In this document: positions 52,788 through 64,000 of the stretch, in pieces | Numbering within the stretch: position 1 is the first letter of the stretch | Layout: each line of letters begins with the position of its first letter | NCBI RefSeq assembly: GCF_001194135.2 | Contig: NC_068990.1 | Coordinates: forward strand, 19,324,094 to 19,388,093 | Direction of reading: 5' to 3' | Origin: Octopus bimaculoides | Taxonomy: Eukaryota | Length of the DNA: 64,000 nt | Notes under the pieces: model-generated | Seen by the model: the letters and a program-made list of their open reading frames with translations, nothing else | Databases searched by the model: none | Told to the model about the DNA's origin: nothing | Program-made: the position numbers and the translations under genes

Positions 52788-53242
52788 TGTGTGTTTGTAT
52801 TTGTGATTGTGTGTATGCGTGCTTGTGTGCGTGCGTGCTAGTGTGTGTGCGGGCTCGCATGCGTGTATACGTGTGTCTGTGTCAGTATATGTGTATATCT
52901 ATGTATAGTTAACTCGACAGCAATCCATTAAATCTTCCCATTTCAAGTGATATAACAGCTATTAAGATGCATTTTTTAAAATTTTATATTTCTCGCTTTA
53001 AATGCCTCATTCACATAATATAATTAAACTTAGCGAAACAAGACGAGAAACAGCTGATATTCAGTTTCAGATATATATGTAGTGTTATATTTTAAGGTCT
53101 ACGCAGTTATTTTTCATTTTGATCTATTTTAGGTTTATTCATAAAGTATTTGTTTTGCAAGGAATTAAAAGCAAGATAAATTTCATCTTAAATTCTCTCC
53201 ATGCATATAATGAATCATTAGAGCATCTGTCTGATTGAGTTG

Positions 53243-53250
53243 CTATCTAG

Positions 53251-53325
<75 letters not shown>
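53243..53325. repeat. (CTAT)n microsatellite
   Basis: Seen directly. Confidence 0.96.
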
Positions 53326-54009
53326 CCCACCCATAGAGACATACAGACAGACAGCAATCTGTTTAACTGTATTTCTACCAATCTTTGTGTGTGTGTGTAT
53401 ATATATATATGNNNNNNNNNNNNNNNNNNNNNNNNNNNNNNNNNNNNNNNNNNNNNNNNNNNNNNNNNNNNNNNNNNNNNNNNNNNNNNNNNNNNNNNNN
53501 NNNNNNNNNNNNNNNNNNNNNNNNNNNNNNNNNNNNNNNNNNNNNNNNNNNNNNNNNNNNNNNNNNNNNNNNNNNNNNNNNNNNNNNNNNNNNNNNNNNN
53601 NNNNNNNNNNNNNNNNNNNNNNNNNNNNNNNNNNNNNNNNNNNNNNNNNNNNNNNNNNNNNNNNNNNNNNNNNNNNNNNNNNNNNNNNNNNNNNNNNNNN
53701 NNNNNNNNNNNNNNNNNNNNNNNNNNNNNNNNNNNNNNNNNNNNNNNNNNNNNNNNNNNNNNNNNNNNNNNNNNNNNNNNNNNNNNNNNNNNNNNNNNNN
53801 NNNNNNNNNNNNNNNNNNNNNNNNNNNNNNNNNNNNNNNNNNNNNNNNNNNNNNNNNNNNNNNNNNNNNNNNNNNNNNNNNNNNNNNNNNNNNNNNNNNN
53901 NNNNNNNNNNNNNNNNNNNNNNNNNNNNNNNNNNNNNNNNNNNNNNNNNNNNNNNNNNNNNNNNNNNNNNNNNNNNNNNNNNNNNNNNNNNNNNNNNNNN
54001 NNNNNNNNN

Positions 54010-54315
54010 TAAGCCTAGTCCTTATTCTATCTCCTCCTATTGCCAAATTTCTATGTTGCAGGGAGGTTAACACACCAACATCGGACGCCAAGCGATGGTG
54101 GAGGACAAACACAAACATACACACACACATATTTATACATATGTATATAAATAAACAGACTTCTTTCATTTTCCGTCTACCAAATCCACACAAAAAGCTT
54201 TGGTCGGCCCGAGGCTATAGCGGAAATCACTTGCCCAAGGTGACACGCAGTGGGACTGAACCCGGAACCATGTGGTTGGTAAGCAAGCTACTTCCCACAC
54301 AGGCACTCCTGCACC
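54010..54315 (-). mobile_element. SINE family C, 3' end lost in gap
   Basis: Reverse-complement match to 24171: cttgcccaagg, tgggactgaacccgg, cacacaggcactcctgcacct. Confidence 0.92.
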
Positions 54316-55193
54316 TACATAATAATATACGCAAATCCATCTGTCCCTCTGTCTACTTATCTATCTGCCTACCTATCAATCAGTCCATCTATCTCTTCTC
54401 TCTTTTAAGCACTCCCTCACACACACACACTCCTTCTTTCCCTCTCTTTATATATAATACAATACGAGGAATAAGTTTAGCGCATCTGTATTATTAGTTA
54501 CAATTGTTACGGTATTATTTTTATTCTATTCCAAAAGATATAGTGCGTAAATGATTCCCTGTGAAAACTTTAAAGTTATAACTAATTTAATCAATTATAA
54601 TTTGCTTTTGCTTATTTTCAGAGAAACCTTTCTTGCTGTTCTTTATATTTTCTCTATTTTTCCCCCGCCGAAAGCAATCATTTTAGACGCCGTGGATATA
54701 ATATTGTGTTTCATCTGACAATCATTTTATCAAAGTCATCATACCCAGTTCTAATAATTTTGTAACAGAATAAACCAAATTAATTTCAGTAAAGGTTAAT
54801 CTCCTGATTCGTTGACTTATCTCCTGCGATCATTATAGTATACTGTGTTATTTTTACTTGTTTATCTTAAATTCAGTCGGAAATGAAATATGGCTACCCT
54901 GCAGTTAAGTTGGTCTGGTGCACATTGCAATACAATGGCATTAATCCCTTTCAAAATGATTGATTATTTTTGCTTAACTGGTAACATTTCGTAATTTTTT
55001 TACTATGAATTTATGTAATATGAATCGCATATTCCAATACAATGTTTTGGCACATCGATATGGTTCCCACGTCATGGATATTTCTTCAGTTCTTAGTCAT
55101 TTAGCATTAGGCATACATACATGCATTAATACATAAGTACATAAATACACAAATATGTGAGTGTGTATGGGTGTGATTAAATTTATTTATATA

Positions 55194-55380
55194 TGCGCCG
55201 ACGTGGCTGTTCGATAAGAATCTTGGGCCAATATCTGCTACTATAGTCTCGGGCCCACCAAAGCCTTGTGAGTGGATTTAGTGGACGGAAAATGAAAACT
55301 CGTTGGAGACATACAAGATTTCACTGTATTAAGTCAGTTTTGTCAAATCATAGTCGATTTGTTCGAAACATAAAAACCCT
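55194..55380 (+). mobile_element. SINE family C with large internal deletions
   Basis: cgtggctgttcgataag joined directly to tcttgggc...gggcccaccaaagccttgtgagtggattt; later gtcgatttgttcga. Confidence 0.72.
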
Positions 55381-58319
55381 AGTCGGTTATACGAATAGTA
55401 AGTCATAGGCAAACACCCTGTAATGAATAACAGTTTTCTGACCTATATATCCTAGATATAACCTATTTCCAGTTATCTTCTTATTGTGTCTCCCGTGTAT
55501 TTACACACAATCAGCTGCTATCGTGAGAAACTATGTTGCAGAGTCAGGCTAGTAGAACTTTTGCTTAAATTGAAGACTAAGTCACTCTGTGCATCGTATT
55601 ATGTACCTTCGAATTGAATGTACGTATAATTCATAAACTATTTACCATCCTTTTACTACCTCTCTCCGTCTCTGACTCTCTCTCGTTCTCTCTATTTATG
55701 TATATGTGTTTGGTTGCGGGCGCGTTTGTTATTTTTAAAACATCTTATGGCGATAAAACTAACATTTTGTGAGCTAATCCGATTTAAATATTTTAACTTA
55801 ATTGTCACGCATACTCTACAGATTTGATAATATGTGTTATTATATAGGTTTCAGATTTTGTGTGACATCGGTCCATCCTGGTAAGTGCTGACAGAACTCC
55901 CTCTTCTTTGCTTAGTTTCGTCTTTTTTTTACTGAGAACTTTAACAGAAAAGACTCTTACAGTGTATATCACTATCCTTCACTCATCTCTTTTATCCAAT
56001 AGTCATATACATGCGACGTAGACACATAATCGAATCCTTCAAAAAATTTATTGATAAAGGCACCAATTCTGTTTTTAAATGGTCTTAGGGCAATATCACT
56101 TTCGTAAAATGATACCATTCCTGTATATATGATGTATATCCTGTATATATCAACCCATCCAACATAATCACTGTACATAGAATCTTCATGAATGCTACAT
56201 ATATCACGAATCGCCATTTCGTTCCTAGCGACCAAAAATCTAAACACGAAGGAATCATAATAAATGAATTTCTTATTTGGTGATAGAAACAACTTCATCT
56301 TCCAGTTTTCACTAATACCTTTATAGAGCAGATGTAAGTTCTACAATGAAAATATTCTGCCACATCTTGGAAGTAATTCTGCTACATATACTAAGATATC
56401 TACAATAAAGATTGCATATCTGACAGACATAAAGTCGTCACCCAGCATACTCCAACATCTGGCCCACAAGAGTCCTGGATCCTCCCTGTCCTTTCAATAG
56501 CTTCTACGCTAGACGGCGAGCTCCCGTTGTGTCATTGGGATGCATGTATACGTAACTCAGACATTTTGTCTCGTCACCATATATGCTGTCTACAGGAGGA
56601 GCACCCATTAATGATAGACAGCCTTTCAGCTTGACAACCTCGGCTCACTAGCTTTTACTTCCTGTCCATATTTTGTCCACACTCGTCGACTTGCCGCTGT
56701 GAAAGGGTAGCATTGACTCTGTCGATTTCGCTTTATGATGGAAAAGTTTGCGAAAGGCTTGTGTTCAAAGCGTCCTTCAGACCAGTCTAATAGACACATA
56801 TATATTTTATATAAGCATTTCTGTGTGTAGTAATGTACACAAAATAAACATCAAAAGTATACATGCTATATACATTTAAGAAGTTATTGGGTATCTGATG
56901 CAATTACTCATGATTTGAAAACCTATTTTCCTACTGTAAGACGGTATTTTTTATTAAAAAGTAAAATATCTCTGAGAGTAGTTTACTGTTAGTAAAAGGA
57001 AGTCACTCAATCACTACATTTCATTTACATAAACAATTTCGTTACTTTTCCATTGAAAGAAATAATTTATTCTATCAAACAGTAAACAAAGCGAAAAGCT
57101 AAGATGAAACGTATCTCATCAATTGTTTGTCTTCCTCCATCTCATAATGGGTTTCCTAAGCATAAAACATGAAGTACACTTCCCAGCATTCCCTGGTCTT
57201 CGTAACATGAACCAACATCGAATATAAAGAAAACACTTAATCAAAGCCCATACTCAGCATGTGTATATAATGAATTATTGGTACTCTTGATGAAAACACT
57301 TTTATTTAGTTGTCCAAAAAGTGTACATAACTTTTCAATGTTAATTCACTTCTCTACTCTCCGTTACACCCCTCCCCACTTCTTTCTTCCTTTCTTTTAG
57401 TATCTCATCATTTTTTTTTCGTTTAGTTCCATTACTTAGATTCATTATTTCACAGCCAAAATTCCCTTCCAGGTGTTGTGGATAGCGTACCTGCACAAAA
57501 ATGTAGAAGTATGCGCACGTATTGTTTGATAGTTATTTAGCTATATTTTCTGTGAACATTTCAGTTACTTTTTTCTTATTTTGTTCTTTTCTTAATTATT
57601 TTTTCGTCTTTCGAGAGTGATTTCAGAATTTCTTTTCCATATAATACATTAGGATAGGCATTCACAAAGAAAATATATTATGGCGTAGATAAAATGCTTG
57701 CCAAAAATGACAACATCATGCCTGCCATTTTAGATTCAACTCAGTGTTTTCATATATAATGCTATTCTTTAGAACTAGACTGAAAAATAGACTAAGAGCA
57801 CAATACTACAAGAATTTCGAAACATACATAAAATAAATATGAATAAGTTTAACTAGTAACATTTCTCCAATAGAGCGGCATTGTATGAACACATGTCTAA
57901 ATATTCTGGAATTCATTCAAGTAATGTACCATAAATAATGACGCGGTAGACTCAATTCTAAGGATGATGTCTTCATTGACAGAATTGATTGGGTCGACCG
58001 CATATAGAACCAGTAGTTATTTCAGATCGAGGACAATGCTCCAAAAATATTAGGACTACTCAGAAGTACGACCGCAATATTATTGCGATGGTTCTTATAT
58101 GGATATGGGTTACTTCATGAATGCGGTAATTTTAATGAAGCAAATATAACAAAATAGAACTATTTGAGACCTAGGCATTCAGTAAAAGCAACAAATGAGC
58201 TAACACCGACACGATTATATAGTCAAACTGGCATATAACAAATTAGCTTTCTTTGCACAAGCACATACACTCATATATGTGAGTGTAAGCTGCACTGATG
58301 TATCTACGTATGTATATGC

Positions 58320-58321
<2 letters not shown>

Positions 58322-58360
<39 letters not shown>

Positions 58361-58363
58361 ACG

Positions 58364-58396
<33 letters not shown>

Positions 58397-58420
58397 GCAC
58401 ACACACACACACACACACAC
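58322..58420. repeat. Compound (TA)n/(CT)n/(CA)n microsatellite
   Basis: Seen directly. Confidence 0.95.
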
Positions 58421-61400
58421 ATACACATATATATGTATGTATAAATACACACAGATATATATTCCTTGGTGTGTATATGTTAATATGCAACAATTACAGA
58501 AAGCGTAATAAATCTGAGAGTTAAATGTACCACTGTATATAAGCTATGCCTATTATCTAAGATTTCTGTCATAGAAGCTTTATCACAGTATATTACTTAT
58601 ATGCATAAATCCCTCCATCCATCCAGACATACATATATACATACATATATACATTCATACATACATATATATGAAATCACACACATATATAAATATAAAC
58701 GCAGGTATGCGTGTGTCTATGTGTATGTGTATACTTGTATGTGAAACGAGTTGAAAAATATTCGATTGGCAGTGAACGTGTTTGTATGTGCTTAAATCTA
58801 GTGTTATAGTAAACAGATCGGTATCATTAATATGATACTAATGCTTATGTTGAAATCGAATTCCTAATATCTATTAAATCTTTTCTAATCTCTGCATGAA
58901 CAGAAGCTGTCTTTCCTGTTTCTCATTTTCTCAGAAAACATTCAGCGACAGAAACAGTAGCCTCTACCTGAAGAAATACTGTTTAGAGTACTTTGTCTCA
59001 CCAGTGTTGTAACATGGAAGTGTATATTATATCCTCTAGCTATTTTGTTAGGAAAATAAAGAAATTACCACTGATATATTGAAAGACCGACTTTAATAGC
59101 ATGTAGTCATCTTTAGTTTAAAGGACAGAGGAAAGAAAATTTATTGACTGTCTTGAAAATGAAGTAAACGCAATTGGAGAGATACTATCTATCCAAATAA
59201 CAATGCCGACAATGGTATTCCAGATGTGCCTTACGAATTTCATGTGACTAACTTAGTTAGTTTATCATTAATATAAAGTTCAATAATAATAGAGTTCAAT
59301 TGAAGTTGGATGTAGAAGGTTTGTTGGACACAGTGTGAAACGACTGTTGCTATTGTTAGGCCTAACTCATCGTAAAGTAAATACCACCATGGCCGATATC
59401 CAAACTACAGTGGAGATGGCTAGCCACTGGATTTAGTTAAAAAGAGACGATGAGCGATGGTTAGAGAAATATTGAGCTTTTTATTTTTTATATAACCAGT
59501 TGATCTAGCAAGCGGGGCCTCATATCAGTGAGTGGGGCCGGTGTGCATTGATGCCTTCGAGAGGTAGGCCCCTGAACGGCGTGCATTCTCTCCTGATGAC
59601 CCCATACACTTGCTGGCTTCCGGTATGCGGAGTTCTCGACTGGTAGCATTTGCATGTGTTAGTTGTTTGCAAGACAGCTAACTCGATTTTCAGATTTTAT
59701 TTATTTCTGCTGGAAATCTTTCATGCTCCTGAAAACCAACGTCCTACAAGGCTCTAATACCTTTGCCGAATAGATGCATTGTCAGCTCATTGCCCTGTAT
59801 GCAAATTACAGGGACCTGTTCGGATGTACCTGTTTTCGAATATCCGTATATTAGTCAATAATTTCTCTGCTGACCAAAAATAGGTGTTCTTTTACTTATG
59901 AAGATTTCGCAAGACTTGAAACTGGTCGTATCGATTCCACCTTATCTACACAAACAGAAATCAGATTCGTTGTGGAACCGCTTTATTGACTTTTCACATG
60001 AAAGCTGAAATTCTGTGTGTATTAAAATGTTATATCGTATATTCCCATTCAGTGCATGCTTTCCCTGTTCTTCTAGATTAATGTTCCTAGCATACATATT
60101 TCACTGCCAACACCTCTGTCTATCAAATTTTCTTCTAAATCCTTACAATTAAGAATATTAAGATAGCGATCTCTAAAAATTACTACAACAATTACATTAT
60201 CACATTCATATTTGTATATTCCACTCAGACAACACATTCTTCCCCTACACCACCGGATTGTTAATACGAAACTGTTAAACTCTTAACTGAACAGTTATTC
60301 ATAGGAAAATGATATGAACGCATGTTTTCTAATCTGTTTTGCTAATTTAATACTTGATGGCAAATCCTTTTGTGTTGAAATATTGACAGAGCTAATTGTG
60401 TATTGTTATATAGAGATTTACCACCATAATTATTATTCTTTGTTTGAGACTTCATTCCGAATGCAGGCTTCAACAAACATGAAGACAACAGAATATTTAA
60501 AAAAATAGGATAAACAAAAAATACATCGAAAGCTTTGCATTGAAAATATTGTTCATAAAATTATAAAAGAATTTTTAATTGTTTGTATTGCAATTAGCAA
60601 ATATTCAATGCGCATATATTGTCTTCGACATTCCTATTTTATCAGATGTTATTAATTTTTGCTTTGTAATTCTAAACAATACAACATCCAAAATAATATA
60701 GCATTTGCGAGGTTTCATATGATTTTATTGAGAGAATAAATAAAGAAATAAGACGAAATCGAATAAATCATATTGCAATGAAGATCTATAAGAAATTTAT
60801 TGGATTTTAGACAAATCACCTAATTATTGTTTTCGGCGGAATTTCCTATTCTATTGTAAGTTAAAAGCTGCAGTTAATCAACAAGTAAATGTGGTGGAAT
60901 GTTGACCGCGGTTAATAAACTTGTCAATAGTGCATAATCCTATTCAAGGTTAGACACTATCAAGTTACATAATCCACGTTGCGGTAACATCATCGCATGC
61001 GATTATATAGTTCACTAATACTAGAGATGAATTTTACTTCGATATATAATGGCCTTTGTTATTCTGAAACTTTCGTAGAATGCACTGCACTGACCTAATG
61101 AGTTATGAAATACGTTATTAGCTAACTAGACTGTCCTAAAAGTTAGGTAGTGCAATGGAAAACTTCTAAAATTTGAGAAAATGTTGGATTTCATTGATAT
61201 GAGATGCTACAAGGATGTTCTGATGAGAGACACGGTCGCAGAATTTGTTGATGTTGGGAATAATAGCATGGATTTCAGGTGAGATGTTTTTCTAAGACCG
61301 GCGAAGTAAGTCTTAGTCGTTCTCGCCACATCGGAAAAAAAAGAGATTAAAGAATTGTGTTATATAATTGTGTCGTATCCTGTGTGTGGATAAACATATA

Positions 61401-62204
61401 TCCTATATCAGATGGCAAATAGACCGTTCATACTTTCATGACACAGTAGTGTATATTTTTATACATTTGGCGCTTTACTTATACATAGGGAAATCTTGCA
61501 GAGATTCGTCTGAATACAAACTGATACTTGGTTTCATATCCTATTACATTTTTATTAATTACAGAAAAAAATCGTTAGATATAATGTAAAAAATGTGTGC
61601 GTTTTCCAGTTTATTTTAAATACGACATATCAAAAGCAATATACATATATACATTGATATAACTAATCTTAGCTATACATCTTTTCCCGAAATATCTAAT
61701 ACACATATCTACAAACTTCTTGGTTAATTATGTCACGTTGTTTAACCGTATAGAGAATAGAATGGTAGATTTGGCTTAGCGAAAATTTAAACTCGATGAA
61801 CAATTTCTATGAACTCATTTGCATAACATATTATGACAAGTCAGTTTGTTTTATATCTTTTAAAAAATACCTAAAATATGTACCAACAAATAACACATAA
61901 CAAATTTAAGAGATTTACAATGTATTTCGTTTTCTTTTACGCGTGAAGTCTTATTTAAACACTAAATGATTGGTCATTAAATATTCTGCACAGATACAGC
62001 AAAGAGCATCAGTAAAGGCGAGTAAAATTTTGATATGAGCATTTAAATCAAAAATAATTACATCATAGACAACAGCACTTGCTGCTGTGAAATGTTGAAA
62101 TGCAGTTTATGTTAAAGTTGGTGTGTTTGAATTATTCATTGAGTTTTAATCCTAATCACATGCGAAGAACATTTTTTTTTTCTTAGATTCTATTCAATGG
62201 TCTT

Positions 62205-62421
62205 TTGATTTTTATCTTTTACTTGTTTCAGTCATCAAATTAGGGTCATGCTGGGGCACTGCCTTGCAGAAATTTTAGTTGAATGAATGAAACAGACTCT
62301 GTTTTTTTTTTTTGTTTTAAAGTCTGGTACTTATTTTATCGTTATGTTTTGCTGAACCGCTAGTTACGGGGAGTTAAGCACAAGGGCACCCCTTGTCAGG
62401 TGGTCGTGGCGAACAAACGCA

Positions 62422-62425
<4 letters not shown>
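62205..62425 (-). mobile_element. SINE family C 3' half
   Basis: ttttacttgtttcagtcat...catgctggggcact...gctgaaccgctagttacgggga is the reverse complement of the family C tail and body. Confidence 0.82.
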
Positions 62426-62496
<71 letters not shown>

Positions 62497-64000
62497 CAGG
62501 AGGTAGATAGATACCTAGATAAATACATATATATATATATATATAGATAGATAGATAGATGGATGGATTTGGTTTCGTTTCCAAACATTGGGACAGATTG
62601 TGAATTATTACGTCAGCATTGAGACGTACCTAACATATTTACTGATGACTCTGAGATAGAGTTACAATATAGCAATAGAAAATTATTTGACCCTGTGAGA
62701 AATATAAAACTATTTGCATAGCACTACCGGTAAAAATTCCAAAGTTAGTTTGAAAATGCAAGATGGTTGCATTTGATTCGTGCGATTGAATCAGAATCCA
62801 CATTTTATTGAAGGTTCAATCTGTGGAAAAATTGCTGACAGTTATATTTTTACGTTTCTATTTGGTGAGTTCTTTCTCTACTATGGTTCTCGTTACACCA
62901 GGAAGTAATCTTAAAACTCTCTCCTTCTCACACACTATCAGTCTCTCTCTCTCTCGTTTTTTTTCTCTTTCTCTTTGCATCTATTTTCAACTAACCAGTA
63001 TTGTCCAATGCTAAACACGTTATATATCTGTTTCTCTCTACTCGTTCCATAATCTAACACTTTAACTATATAACTTAACAGCTACTCGTTTCCTCTAGCA
63101 CTCGCGGCTAACATTCTTTTCTCCCTTCAATTAACTACTTCACAGCGGCAAATGTTTGGCCTTAGCGTATCAATGTATCAATATAGCGATGGTTTCAATA
63201 TACTTTCTACTGTAGTGTAATTAATTAATTTATGGATGTTCTATCATAACTGTTCTGATTATACCAATCAGCGGTCTAGAAATGAAGGGTATATATGATC
63301 ATTTACCCATAAATGTGTGACAATTATTTAGTTTAGAGTTTAACAAAAGCAAGTCATTAGATATAAGAATTTTCACTGGAGCAAATCTCTTCCTATTTCA
63401 CAAGTAAGTTAAAGAAAGTGATGTATCAAACCGAAATCAGTTGTATATTGTGAATACTAGTTGCGCATGCACGTTATTTCAATGCACATACATATCTTTT
63501 AAAACACACGCACGTTTCATTTTAATTATAACTACAACACATTGCACGCACAATTAATTGACATTCACGGGCAGAATGTACGTTAAAAGCCTTGCAGTTA
63601 ATTATATTCAATGTGGACGTCGAGAATAAGTTTCCTAATTTCTAAACATTGACAAACCGTGCAAGTAATACTGACCGCTGAAAGCTATAATATAAAACGG
63701 AGGTATCTCTCCTACCAATCTATATAACTGGCATTTAAGATTATTAGCTACCTGAATAAAATTTTACACCATGTAAAATTACAGTGTATTTGTACAGACA
63801 CAAAAGAACGCGTTATGCGTATAATGTTTTCTAAGTATATATTGTCTAAAACATTATTGGTGCAGATAAAAGACTTTATTAGCCAAGCGACTTATAGATC
63901 ATCAGAGCATGTGTATGGCAATGTTTTAGTGAATAATTTATTCATTACCTCTCAGTATTGGGAACGTCAGCAATGCTAAGTAGATTACATTATCATGTTG

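Noticed and set aside
55848-55886. 26- or 33-nt + strand microexon candidate ending ctg|gtaagt
   Set aside because: Weak polypyrimidine tract, no recognisable peptide and no compatible neighbours.
59510-59620. GC-rich ggggcct...aggcccc pairing resembling an HDV-like ribozyme P1/P3
   Set aside because: I could not place P2, P1.1 and the catalytic C consistently.
61220-61250. CTGATGA motifs here and near 10585, 25410, 27937 and 59594
   Set aside because: They lack a stem II followed by GAAA.
1520-63014. Dozens of long ORFs rich in YI, CV, HT, SL or X
   Set aside because: Translations of (TA)n, (TG)n, (CA)n, (TC)n tracts or N-gaps, not proteins.
1-64000. CRISPR arrays, operons or prokaryotic defence systems
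   Set aside because: No regularly spaced repeat-spacer array and no gene-dense coding DNA; the sequence is clearly eukaryotic and repeat-rich.

Overview
AT-rich, repeat-dense eukaryotic non-coding DNA, most likely intronic or intergenic sequence from an octopus (coleoid cephalopod) short-read assembly. The taxon is inferred from my recognition of the SINE families and the microsatellite load, not from a database search. There are 14 N-gaps, most abutting (TA)n or (CA)n tracts. No protein-coding gene can be called confidently, and almost all supplied ORFs are microsatellite or gap artefacts. The window holds about 30 copies or fragments of three tRNA-headed SINE families (working labels A, B, C), decayed RTE-type LINE fragments and two mariner remnants. 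It also holds three long imperfect foldback (inverted-repeat) elements and a probable Penelope-like repeat remnant. The best leads are two minimal type I hammerhead-ribozyme-like motifs. One sits in the foldback at 41.56-41.84 kb and has a swapped G3-C8 core pair. The other, at 46.46-46.50 kb, has a normal CUGAUGA but a G12A change. Other leads are tail-only insertions with TSDs, a triple-TSD tandem SINE pair, a three-level nested insertion, and weak splice-signal candidates.
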